DNA of 63,290 bases, filler included, from Octopus bimaculoides (GCF_001194135.2; 7 parts of 7 records of this genome joined end to end with filler, not necessarily neighbours in it), one strand, 5' to 3'; numbered from the whole stretch's first letter, positions 51,245-62,944 are shown. The notes: generated by a model not told the origin, from the letters alone. Translations and numbers: made by a program.

Positions 51245-53375
51245 CGACTACCGTACCAGTGATTGTANNNNNNNNNNNNNNNNNNNNNNNNNNNNNNNNN
51301 NNNNNNNNNNNTTAATTAATTAANNNNNNNNNNNNNNNNNNNNNNNNNNNNNNNNNNNNNNNNNNNNATATATGTATATGTATGTATGTATGTATGTATG
51401 TAAGTATGTGTGTGTGTGTGTGCCTGTGTTTGTTTCCCCAACATCATTTGACAACCGATGCTGGTGTGTTTACATCCATGTAACTTAGCAGTTCAACAAA
51501 AGAGACCGATAGAATAAGTACTAGGCTTACAAAGAATAAGTCCTGGGGTCGAATTGCTTGACTAAAGGCGGTGCTCCAAATGACTGAAACAAATAAAAAT
51601 GTAAAAGAGAGTAAAGAGTGTGTGTGTGTGTGTATGTGTGTGTGTGTCTAGATATGTGTTTTGTATACCTGTGTGCTTGTCTATGTTTCTTAGAATGCAC
51701 ATACCCCTGTGTGTATATCTGTGTATGCGTGTGTATGATAATTAACTGGATTTCATATCTTTAGCACTTTAGGAATGAAAGTAACAGAAAATAAATGCCA
51801 CAACCACCGCCACCACTATTGACAACAACAACAATAGTAACAGTAATAATAACAACAACAACAACAACATCAGTAACAATGATAATTACCCAAACAAAAA
51901 ATTTGTCACATCAATTGTTTTTATTATTTAACAAAAAATGTGTTACTGGGTTACAACTATTTTAGAAGGTACTATAACTGTAGTGACAACATTGCCTCCA
52001 CCTCCCCCTCTGCACACCCCTGTACCCTCCACCTTCCCCTCCCCAACTGATCATTCTAGTGGTCCTGTTACTATTTACTCCTTGTGCCCCTACCCTCCCT
52101 TCCTTCACAGAAGCTCCTCCCACTCATCACCAGTGCTGTTTACCTAACCCTGCACCACCAACACCCACAACCACTCAACCAGCAGCACACCACCACCAGT
52201 ACCAATGACAACAAAAACATCATCATCATGACCTTGTCATTGCCATCATGAATACCAGTATCACCATTATTACTCCCACTACCAAAACATGAACTCCCTG
52301 CACCACCACCACCACCACCACCACTACCACNNNNNNNNNNNNNNNNNNNNNNNNNNNNNNNNNNNNNNNNNNNNNNNNNNNNNNNNNNNNNNNNNNNNNN
52401 NNNNNNNNNNNNNNNNNNNNNNNNNNNNNNNNNNNNNNNNNNNNNNNNNNNNNNNNNNNNNNNNNNNNNNNNNNNNNNNNNNNNNNNNNNNNNNNNNNNN
52501 NNNNNNNNNNNNNNNNNNNNNNNNNNNNNNNNNNNNNNNNNNNNNNNNNNNNNNNNNNNNNNNNNNNNNNNNNNNNNNNNNNNNNNNNNNNNNNNNNNNN
52601 NNNNNNNNNNNNNNNNNNNNNNGCACTAACTTCTCTCTTCCTCCTACTTCTATTTCCATCACAACATTACCACAATCACCCTTGGCAACCAGTGCCAACT
52701 TCCTTCACCACTTGCACTCTCACCATATCCACGACTGCCTTCACCTTGACTGTTATCATCAACATCACCATCATTATCAACACCATCACACCACTATCTG
52801 TACCTTCACACATGTACACACACACACACACACACACATACATACACAATCACTCACATGCACATACACAAACACAAATATACACACATGCACACACACA
52901 AACCAGCCATTTCATTATCACAAGTAGTTCAGAAGTATTTAGTTACAAACAAATGTTACAGAAGGAGGGAGAGGTAAAGAAGGGGAAGAGAAGCTGGAAG
53001 AATGTGAGTGAAAATCTTACAGTTAAATTGATTCACACACACACACACACACACATACACACACACACACACATTCAAACATAAATTAGAAGTAGCTCAA
53101 GGGATATAGATAATATTAAACATACATACACAAGGTATGTGTTTTGCTAGTCTGTGGATAGGCTGTGCTTATAGGCTTAAGAGAATCAATGCGCCTGGTG
53201 TTAAAATATCTGAAAGTCATAGGCAACCAAGATAATTTGAAACAGGTCCCATTCACAAGTGATAGACATTGAGGTTTCATTATTTGTGTGACTTGTCAAT
53301 ATCACATATATGAGCAAAGCTTGACGTAAGTTAAATCGCTATCTATGACTATAAGCAAAATAGTGTAAGAACCAT

Positions 53376-53389
53376 CTGCCATCTGCTGG
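53376..53389 (-). promoter_or_regulatory. CTCF-like motif
   Basis: Minus strand CCAGCAGATGGCAG matches CCASYAGRKGGCRS at all 14 positions. Confidence 0.35.
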
Positions 53390-53549
53390 TATGTCACAAT
53401 ATGTTATACTGCAGGAAAAAGTCAAATATGAATTAGAAACAGCTCGAGGGATATATATATGTATATATATATATATAGCGTGAGAGAGTTAGGGGTTACC
53501 GTCTGCAAGTAGTTGGGTTCAGCATATTATCCCCCATTTTCTAATTGTT

Positions 53550-53608
<59 letters not shown>

Positions 53609-53611
<3 letters not shown>

Positions 53612-54452
53612 GCCTGGGCCAAGTTTAGAGAGCTCTTACCTCNNNNNNNNNNNNNNNNNNNNNNNNNNNNNNNNNNNNNNNNNNNNNNNNNNNNNNNNNN
53701 NNNNNNNNNNNNNNNNNNNNNNNNNNNNNNNNNNNNNNNNNNNNNNNNNNNNNNNNNNNNNNNNNNNNNNNNNNNNNNNNNNNNNNNNNNNNNNNNNNNN
53801 NNNNNNNNNNNNNNNNNNNNNNNNNNNNNNNNNNNNNNNNNNNNNNNNNNNNNNNNNNNNNNNNNNNNNNNNNNNNNNNNNNNNNNNNNNNNNNNNNNNN
53901 NNNNNNNNNNNNNNNNNNNNNNNNNNNNNNNNNNNNNNNNNNNNNNNNNNNNNNNNNNNNNNNNNNNNNNNNNNNNNNNNNNNNNNNNNNNNNNNNNNNN
54001 NNNNNNNNNNNNNNNNNNNNNNNNNNNNNNNNNNNNNNNNNNNNNNNNNNNNNNNNNNNNNNNNNNNNNNNNNNNNNNNNNNNNNNNNNNNGTGCGGGTG
54101 GTACATAAGATGTACCATCCTGAGCGTGACCGTTGCCAGTACCGCCTGACTGGCCTTGTAGGGTTTTCGAGCGAGATCGTTGCCAGTGATCCTGGACTGA
54201 CTCTTGTGCGGGTGGCACATAAAAGACACCATTTCGAGCGTGGCCGTTTTCGTGCGGGTGACACGTAAAAGCACCCACTACACTCTCTGAGTGGTTGGCG
54301 TTAGGAAGGGCATCCAGCTGTAGAAACTCTGCCAAATTAGATTGGAGCCTGGTGTAGCCATCCGGTTGCACCAGTCCTCAGTCAAATCGTCCAACCCATG
54401 CTAGCATGGAAAGCGGACGTTAAACGATGATGATGATGATGATGATGATGAT
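53609..54452 (+). mobile_element. 3' portion of an RTE LINE (ORF tail, gap, complete 3'UTR, (GAT)n tail)
   Basis: IAWAKFRELLP (homologous to about 61846-61878) before the gap; modular UTR and tail after it. Confidence 0.88.
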
Positions 54453-54699
54453 ATATATATATTGTTTTTGAATTTGGTTTCCATAATTCTTGATGTGAAT
54501 TCATTTGTTGGTACAGATTTTGTATCCTGGGAGGCCAATAATAAACATGCGTGTGTTTATTATTGACATAACAATCCTCCCAAAATTATATATATATATT
54601 TATAAGAGAGAGAAGTGAGGAGGTAGATATGGATGAATGACTTTTAGGACAGATGGGTGGGGGATTTTAGGTAGGTAGCTCTTATTCCCATTTAAAAAT

Positions 54700-54850
54700 A
54701 TAAACTATTTACATTATTTACATTTGACAGATATTTGTCCTCATCTTGTTTGTTGTTAACACAATGTTTCGGCTGATATACCCTCCAGCCTTCATCAGGT
54801 GTCTTGGGGAAATTTCAAACCTGGGTTCTCATTCCTAAGGTATTTTTCGA
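54700..54850 (-). mobile_element. Short non-coding repeat carrying a hammerhead-like motif (PLE-derived or retrozyme-like)
   Basis: aataacatcgaaaaatacc...ccaagacacctgatgaaggctg...cagccgaaacattgtgttaac...; bounded by an (AAT)n tract. Confidence 0.55.
54758..54803 (-). ncRNA. Minimal type I hammerhead ribozyme-like motif
   Basis: gacac CTGATGA a-GGCTG-gagggtatat-CAGCC GAAA ca TT gtgtt: 5-bp stem I, 5-bp stem II, vestigial stem III. Confidence 0.6.
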
Positions 54851-54887
<37 letters not shown>

Positions 54888-54894
54888 GTTATTG

Positions 54895-55018
54895 GTGAAG
54901 GTGCATGGCTCAGTGGTTAGAACGTTGAGCTTATGATTGTGAAGTTGTAAGTTCGAATCCCAGACCGGGCTGAGTGTTGTGTTCTTGAGCAAGACACTTT
55001 ATTTCACGTTGCTCCAGT
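54895..55018 (+). mobile_element. tRNA-derived SINE family C head
   Basis: A box tggctcagtgg, B box agttcgaatccc, then gtgttcttgagcaagacactt. Confidence 0.88.
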
Positions 55019-55523
55019 ATTTTGTTTTCTCACTGAGGAGGTGGGGATTTTCCCTAATTTTGTGGTGGGAGGGAGAGGTGGCAGATATGTGTCAAATGGA
55101 GAAGCAAAGCCGTGACCCACTACCCTGTTTTCTCTCTTGTCTGTTTCTCTATCTCTGTCTTCTGTCAGTCCATCTATCTCTGTCTCTGTCTTCCCTTCTC
55201 TCAATCTGTCTGTCTCTCTATCTATATCTGTTTCTCTCTTTTCTCACCTCACTTCCTGTAACATGACAAGTTTAACTCAATGAATGTGGGGGACAAAAGG
55301 TGAATGATAAGTGTTGGCGTTGGTTGTGAGGTGGTGGTAGCGGTGTTGTTGGTGACTGGTGGTCATACTAGTAGTTGTAGTAGTTCTTATTGTAGTAGTG
55401 GTGGTGACATGGTGTTACTTGGAATGTGTCATAATTAAACAAGAAGCAGATTAAAGATAACTGTAAACCAGTAACACATTTTATAGAATAAAGTGATTGT
55501 GACATGAAAGGTGTGACTTTGTT

Positions 55524-55572
<49 letters not shown>

Positions 55573-56214
55573 TTATGTGTTTGTGATGTGGTTTATGTAT
55601 GTGATATGGTGTTTGTGCACAAGATATGGCTTGTGTGCGTGATATGGTTCATGTGTATGATATATAGTGTATGTGTGTATGGGTGTGCGTGTAGGAAGTG
55701 TGGTGGAGGGTGTGTTTATATCTGGTCTGTGCATAGTGTAAATGAGTAAAACACACACATATGTACATAAACATATACATACATAAAGGTATACATGCAT
55801 GTACACACATGCATACACAAAGATATATGTATCAAGCTAATAAAATAGCAGCCAAATCTCCCTCAAACCATAATCTACCATCTTAAAAATAGGAGAGATA
55901 ATATAGTCTTTTCTATATATATTCTCTTTTGCTCTTTTACTTGTTTCAGTCATTTGACTGTGGCCATGCTGGAGCATCGCCTTTAGTCGAGCAAATCAAC
56001 CCCAGGACTTATTCTTTGGAAGCCTAGTACTTATTCTATGGGTCACTTTAGCTGAACCGCTAAGTTTCAAGGGATATAAACACACCAGCATTAGTTGTCA
56101 AGGAATGGTAGGGGGACAAACACAGACACATACATACACATAAATATATACATACCTACATATATATACATATATATACACACACACATATATATGGCAA
56201 AATCTTCCCAGGCG

Positions 56215-57507
56215 AAGAGTGCACTCCACAACATAGACTAGTAGTTAGTGACTTCAGGATTAGGGCCATGTGGTTGCCCAGAAGACGACCAGCTTGGAGG
56301 AGAAGGGTCTGGAAACTCAAAGATCATGCGAATGGACAGAGATTTAGAGACTTATTACTTGAGGCCTTTGACAAAATAGAAGGAGAAGTAGCTTCACACA
56401 ATGTAGAAGACAACTGGACGTTTCTACGGGACAACCTGCTGAGGGCCACTGACAAGATCTGTGGATGGTGCAAAGTCCCCTCTCGACCCAAAATAACGTG
56501 GTGGTGGAACAATGTTGTTGACAGGGCTATTAGACAAAAGAAACAGGCTTGGAAGGACTGGAAGAACGGTGGTAGCAGGGAATTGTATCAGACTGCCAGA
56601 AGGGAAGCTAGGAGACAGGTTTATTTAGCCAGAGGTGAAGCAGATAGGAAAAAATTTGCCAATGTTCTGCGCCATGAGGACCAAAGACTTGAGGTATTTC
56701 GTGTTGCAAGACAGTGTGTGAGAGAGAATTGTGATGTCGTGGGAAAGAAATGTGTTCGCATGGATGATGGTACACTTGCACTAAACGAGGCTGCAAAGAA
56801 AGAGGTCTGGAGATGCCACTACAAAAAGTTGCTCAATAAAGAGAATGAATGAGAGGAAGAGAGTCTGCCGAATGGCGACCCAACTGAGGGACCAGCGATT
56901 CAAGTTGACAGTACTATAAGAGTATGAAGACAGGGAAAGCCCCCGGGCCTTCAGGAATCACTGCAGAGATGCTCAAAATATTTGGTAGTGTCAGCTATAG
57001 CCTAGTCACCCGTATTGTTAACCAGGTGATACATGAAAGAGTCATACCCAATGACTAGTGTAGCAGCACCATAGTAAACTGCTACAAAAGTAAAGGTGAC
57101 ACTTTAGATACAAATAATTACAAAGGTATCAAGTTGTTAGATCAGGTAATGAAAGTCACGGAGAGGGTCATAGCCCAACTAATTAGGGAGAGAGTCAGTT
57201 TAGATGAGATGCAGTTTGGGTTTGTGCCAGGGAAAAGCACCACTGATGTTATATTTCTGGTAAGACAGCTTCAGGAGAAATACCTAGCCAAGGATAAACC
57301 TCTGTACCTGGCTTTCGTTGACATGGAGAAAGCCTTTGACAGGTTCTCCCGATCCCTTATTTGGTGGTCAATGAGGAAACTAGGAATAGAAGAATGGTTA
57401 GTGAGAGCTGTGCAAGCCATGTACAGAGACGCCGTCAGTAAGATGAGGGTTGGCAACGACTACAGTGAAAAATTCCGGGTAGAGGTAGGGGTCCACCAAG
57501 GTTCTGT
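56215..57507 (+). mobile_element. RTE LINE fragment (endonuclease C-terminus to RT), degraded
   Basis: HRLVVSDF..., WWWNN, QFGFVPGKSTTD, AFVDMEKAFDR, GVHQGS; a close paralogue of 60020-61325. Confidence 0.95.
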
Positions 57508-57699
57508 NNNNNNNNNNATAAGAATAATAAATTTGTACTCTACAAAAGTGTAGAATAACTTAACAGATTACTGTTAAATTGTTTTTATAATAACCAAACA
57601 TAAAAACAAATATTAATAAAATGAACTATCTAGTCAAAGATGACGTGTTAGTATTTAGCTTTTGCCGAATGACCTGCACAAATGACTTGTTTGTAGTGA

Positions 57700-57858
57700 T
57701 CGAATGTATGTGTACTATGCAGCAGGGGTCAAAGTGATCGCAGAGTAACATGAAATAAAGTGTTTTGCTCAAGAACATAACACACCACCCAATCTAGGAG
57801 TTGAAACCATGATCACATGATCATGAATGCAACACCCTAACCACTAGGCCATGTGCCC
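57700..57858 (-). mobile_element. SINE family C, diverged
   Basis: Reverse complement ggcacatggcctagtggttaggg...gttcttgagcaaaacactttatttca. Confidence 0.75.
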
Positions 57859-57882
57859 CTCATAAAAAAATGTGGCCAGCAA

Positions 57883-57954
57883 GACTCCACAGGGAATCAA
57901 ACCCTACATCTTCAAATTTCAGTTGAGTGCTCTGAACCATTAAGCTAAGAGACC
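57883..57954 (-). pseudogene. tRNA-like sequence with GAA anticodon (tRNA-Phe-like pseudogene or SINE head)
   Basis: D arm GCT(T)..AGAGC, anticodon arm CTCAA-CTGAAAT-TTGAA, T arm TAGGG-TTTGATT-CCCTG; acceptor stem pairs poorly and T-loop TTC is mutated to TTT. Confidence 0.45.
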
Positions 57955-57974
57955 TCTGACATATAACGTAACGA

Positions 57975-58492
57975 TAGGAATGGGATTTGCCCACTCTATA
58001 GGAGAAAATCATGGGACACCATTGAAAGGATTAAGAAGAAAATTGGGAAGGCCAGCTCATGGTATGATAGCCACAAATTCCAGAGCGTCATGTTCGTCGA
58101 CACCACCCCTAGAGGCGAACTGACGTACCGCTTTAGAAGGGCCCTAGACAAACTTAAGCTAAGAATTAAGGTTGTTGAAAGGCCAGGCAACCCTATCAAA
58201 TCCCTTATCAGTAGAACATACCCTTTTAGTAGAACCCCCTGCACTGATAGGAACTGTATCATATGTAGATTTAGCCCACAAACGAACTGTAAAACCAGAA
58301 ATTTGGTCTATAGTATAAGATGTACAGAGGGATGATGCAGTAACAAGACAACAACATATGTAGGCGAAATAGCAAGGAGCATAGGGGAGCGGGCAAATGA
58401 ACATTAGAGGGAACTCAAGGAAGGGAAGAGCTCATCAGTTCTGTACCAGCACGCTGAGCAAGAACATGGAGGCTCAATCAACAACATAGAAA
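57975..58492 (+). mobile_element. Penelope-like (Neptune-type) linker and GIY-YIG endonuclease
   Basis: PLYRRKSW...SSWY...SVMFVDTTPRGEL...VVERPG...CTDRNCIIC...NCKTRNLVYSIRC...YVGEIARSIGERANEH; two in-frame stops. Confidence 0.92.
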
Positions 58493-58794
58493 NNNNNNNN
58501 NNATACATAGATAAACAAATGGAATTAAATACTACATACGTTAACAAAATTAATTAAATACAAAAAAAAGTAGATATAAACACATGAACAAATAAATAAA
58601 TAAAAACAAAAATAAATGAACATGTATTAACAGAGGATATAGATGATACAGACACTCCCCATACACACACATGCACTCACAAAAACATAGACACATTGAA
58701 GGATACGCATGCGTAGACACATACAATAGGAATAAAAATACAAAATGGCTGATAGTTAGCAAGGTGAGACACACATAAGAAAGAAGAAAGCAAA

Positions 58795-58845
58795 GGACCA
58801 CTGATGAGGTCACAGAAGTGTGTAGAAAGAACTCTGGCCGAAATA
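58795..58845 (+). ncRNA. Degenerate hammerhead-like core downstream of the PLE
   Basis: CTGATGA ggtca...tggcc GAAA with a plausible stem II; no stem I partner or cleavage triplet found. Confidence 0.3.
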
Positions 58846-58947
58846 GGATTAATGTAATATAAAACTGAAGCAAATTAACACCAAATATACAGTGCGTGTG
58901 TTTTTATTGGCAAAACTGGCAATATGACCATCCCCAAGTACAACAAC

Positions 58948-59014
<67 letters not shown>

Positions 59015-59072
59015 TGTACTTGCATAGCAAGTGAGCTGATCTGAGATCGTGTGTAGGAACGAAAACAAGTAC

Positions 59073-59255
59073 AGCGTGGAAGGTGTTTATAAGTCATTTA
59101 AAAAACACACAAAATTCTGTGCAGCACGGAATTTTGTCAGTGAACAGGTTGTGGTCTCAAAGTGACGAAAATATTTTGGCAAATTAAATATAAATGTTGA
59201 AGTGAATCTAACGGTTTTTGTGTTTCTTAAATGGCTTATAAACACCTTCCATGCT
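59073..59255. mobile_element. Palindromic MITE-like element
   Basis: agcgtggaaggtgtttataagtcatttaa versus ttaaatggcttataaacaccttccatgct; internal palindrome aaattctgtgcagcacggaattt. Confidence 0.75.
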
Positions 59256-59289
59256 CTGCAAAATGTGAGCTTTCTTTTCAGGTATATGA

Positions 59290-62115
59290 TGCTGCTGTTC
59301 CCCGCCCCAGGGTCTCATGGGCCCATACCTCCCACACCCTCAGGGTTGACACTCTCAACGTCGGCACTCTGAAAGGTAGGTCTGGTGAGATTGTTGAGAC
59401 GATTGAACGGAGTTGTGTCGATATCTGCTGCCTCCAAGAAGTAAGGTGGAGAGGTGGTTCCGCTAGGTTCCTCACAGGCAAAGAACACAGGTACAAGATT
59501 TTTTGAGCAGGGAACACAGACGGGGTCGGGGCGTGGGTATACTTCTTGTAGAGAATTGGGTGGATAAGGTAATTGAGGTAGTTAGAGTATGCGATAGAAA
59601 ACTTAAGATTAGATTAGTCCTTCACTATGGGTTAGCAACTATTATCTCGGCCTATGCCCTTCAGCCCGGGCTACCCGACGGACAGAAAGACCAATTTCAT
59701 GACACACTCCTGCAGACTACCTCGTCGACGTATGACAGGGACCTTCTCTTTGTGGCTGGAGACTTCAATGGTCATGTTGGACAATATTCAGGAGTCTTCT
59801 ATGGCGTACATGGAGGCTATGGTTTCGGTTCCAGCAACGAGGAGGGAACCAGGCTGCTGGAGTTCTGTGATGCAAATGACCTTATGGTCTGCAATACTAA
59901 CTTCAGGAAGCCTGCCAGTCACCTAGTCACCTACCGTTCTGGCAGACATGCTAGCCAAATTGACTACATCCTCGCCAGGAAAAGAGAAAGATGGCTGCTT
60001 ATAAATGCCAAAACATTTCCAAGCGAACAATGTACCCCACAACATCGACTAGTAGTTAGTGACTTCAGGATCAGGGTTGCCCAGAAGACGACCAGCTTGG
60101 AGGGGAAGGGTTTGGAAGCTCAAAGATCCTGCGAACGGACAGAGATTTAGAGACTTATTACTCGAAGCCTTTGACGAAATATTGGGGGATGTAGCTTCAC
60201 ACAATGTAGAAGACAACTGGAGGTTTCTACGGGACAACCTGCTGAGGGCCACTGACCAGATCTGTGGATGGTGCAAAGTCCCCTCTCGACCGAAAATAAC
60301 ATGGTGGTGGAACAATGTTGTTGACAGGGCTACTAGGGAAAAGAAACAGGCTTGGAAGGACTGGAAGAACGGTGGTAGCAGGGAATTGTATCAGACTGCC
60401 AGAAGGGAAGCTAAGCGACAGGTTTATTTAGTCAGAGAGGAAGCAGATAAAAAAAAAATTTGCCAATGTTCTGCACCGTGAGGACCAAAGACTTGAGGTA
60501 TTTCGTGTTGCAAGACAGTGTGTGAGAGAGAATCGTGATGTCGAGGGAGAGAAATGTGTTCGCATGGATGATGGTACGCTTGCACTAAACGAGGCTGCAA
60601 AGGAAGAGGTATGGAAACGCCACTATGAAAGATTGCTCAATAAAGAGAATGAATGGGAGAAAGAGAGTCTGCCGAATGTCGACCCAACAGAGGGACCAGC
60701 TATCCGAGTTGACAATACCATGGTAGATAAAGCAATTAAAAGTATGAAGACAGAGAAGGCCCCCGGCTCATCAGGGATCACTGCAGAGATGCTCAAAATA
60801 TCTGGCAGTGTCGGCTATAGCCTAGTCACCCGTATTGTTAACCAGGTGATACATGAAGGAGTCATACCCAATGACTGGTGTAGCAGCCCCATAGTCAACT
60901 GCTACAAAGGTAAAAGTGACGCTTTAGATACAAATAATTACAGAGGTATGAAACTTTTAGATCAGGTAATGAAAGTCACGGTGAGGGTCATAGCCCAACT
61001 ACTTAGGGAGCGAGTCAGTTTAGATGAGATGCAGTTTGGGTTCGTGCCTGGGAAAAGCACCACTGATGCTATATTTCTGGTAAGAGAGCTTCAGGAGAAA
61101 TACCCAGCTAAGGATAAACCTCTATACCTGGCTTTCGTTGACATGGAGAAAGCCTTTGACAGGGTCCTCCCGATCCCTCATCTGGTGGTCAATGAGGAAA
61201 CTAGGGATAGAAGAATGGTTAGTGAGAGCTGTGCGAGCCATGTACAGAGACGCTGTCAGTAAGGTGAAGGTTGGCAATGATTACAGTGAATAATTCCGGG
61301 TAGAGATAGGGGTCCACCAAGGTTCGTCCTCAGCCCCCTCTTATTTATCATAGTCCTCCAGGCTATAACAGAGGAATTCAAGGCAGGTTGCCCTTGGGAG
61401 CTCCTCTATGCTGATGACTTTGCACTAATTGCTGAGTCACTATCAGAACTAGAGGAGAAGTTTCAGCTGTGGAAGCAAGGACTAGAATTGAAGGGCCTTA
61501 AAATCAACATAGCTAAAACCAAAGTCCTAATAAGTAAGAAGGTAGAAAAATCACAAACCTCTTCAGGTAGATGGCCTTGCTCGATTTGTACAAAAGGTGT
61601 AGGTACCCAGTGCAAGCTATGGATATGTAAGAGGTGCAGCAATATCAAAGGAAGGTTAACTAGGAAGTTAGTTTTTGTATGAAGCAGATGTTCAGGAGCA
61701 ATAAGCACTGTAAATGTGCAGAAAACAACTTCTGCCACATTCCAGGGAGAAACACTAGACATAGTTGATAGCTTCAGCTATCTAGATGACCAAGTTAGTA
61801 GTGGGGGTGGGTACGCTGAAAGTGTAGCTGCTAGAATAAGAATAACCCGGGCAAAGTTCAGAGAGCTCTTACCTCTGCTGGGGACAAGACTGTATGATGC
61901 ATGTGTACGAACAGCCATGCTTCATGGCAGTGAAACATGGGCTGTGACTGCTGAGGACATGCATAGGCTCGCAAGGAATGAAGCCAGTATTCTCCGATGG
62001 ATGTGTCATGTCAGTTTGCATACTAGACAGAGTGTTAGTACTTTGAGAGAAGAGTTGAACTTACGAAGCATCAGTTGTGGTGTGCAAGAGAGACGATTGT
62101 GCTGGTATGCAAACT
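59290..62115 (+). mobile_element. RTE LINE, near-complete ORF (APE endonuclease, RT, PHD-like finger), frameshifted
   Basis: TLNVGTL, CCLQEVRW, AGDFNGHVG, SQIDYIL, QFGFVPGKSTTDAIF, FVDMEKAFDRV, LYADD, CSIC..CKLW..KRC, MLHGSETW. Confidence 0.97.
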
Positions 62116-62334
62116 NNNNNNNNNNNNNNNNNNNNNNNNNNNNNNNNNNNNNNNNNNNNTTAATTAATTAANNNNNNNNNNNNNNNNNNNNNNNNNNNNN
62201 NNNNNNNNNNNNNNNATATATATATATATATATATACAAGTGTCATCTACTATAGCCTAGGGCCGACCAAAGCTGTGTGAAGGGATTTGATTGGCGGAAA
62301 CTAAAAGAAGCCTGTTGTTTATATACGTTTATAC

Positions 62335-62778
62335 AAGGTGCGTAAGGTATCTGAGGACATATCTTTTTTGGGTCATTGCTGCATTTTTTGCTAACTCTGT
62401 ATAATATTGCTTCAGAAAATAATAATGGCAGGCTCTCAGCTTACTCAAGAAATGAAGAGGCATGTTGTTACTGTGGTTATAAAAGCCGAGCATACTTTTT
62501 TAGAAATATCTCGAGTCTTAAAAGTTGCCAGATCTTTCGTCAACAAAGTTTGTAAGGACTGAAGATGGAAACGTATCACTAGTATCAAAGCATAAAAAGC
62601 ATTCTAAACACTCTGAAATCAGATCAAAAGTTAACAAAAGAAATGACAGATAATTATGTGCAGAACTTTCTGAAGTTCCAAGTGTTATGCATACAAAATT
62701 TCCTGCAACTGTCATGGTTTTAGGGGTTGTAAGCAATGAAGGACATGTAATGCCTCCTTACTTCTTTCCACAAGGCTG
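62335..62778 (+). mobile_element. maT/DD37D-type Tc1/mariner relic, internally deleted
   Basis: MKRHVVTVVIKAEHT.LEISRVLKVARSFVNKV and HTKFPATVMVLGVVSNEGHVMPPYFFPQG. Confidence 0.8.
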
Positions 62779-62944
62779 TAGATTCCAGTCGTTTTGTTGT
62801 GGCCATACTGGTGCACCGCCTTGGAGGGTTTTAGTTGAGCAAATCGACCTCCCAGGACTTGTTTTTGTTTATGCCTTGTATTTATACTATCGGTCGGTTT
62901 TGCAGAACCGCTCAGTTATGGCGACTTAAATACACCAGCACTGT

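Noticed and set aside
58330-58340. In-frame TGA next to Cys in the PLE endonuclease, a possible selenocysteine as reported for some PLEs
   Set aside because: A TAG stop also interrupts the same frame about 25 codons later and no SECIS was seen; ordinary decay is more parsimonious.
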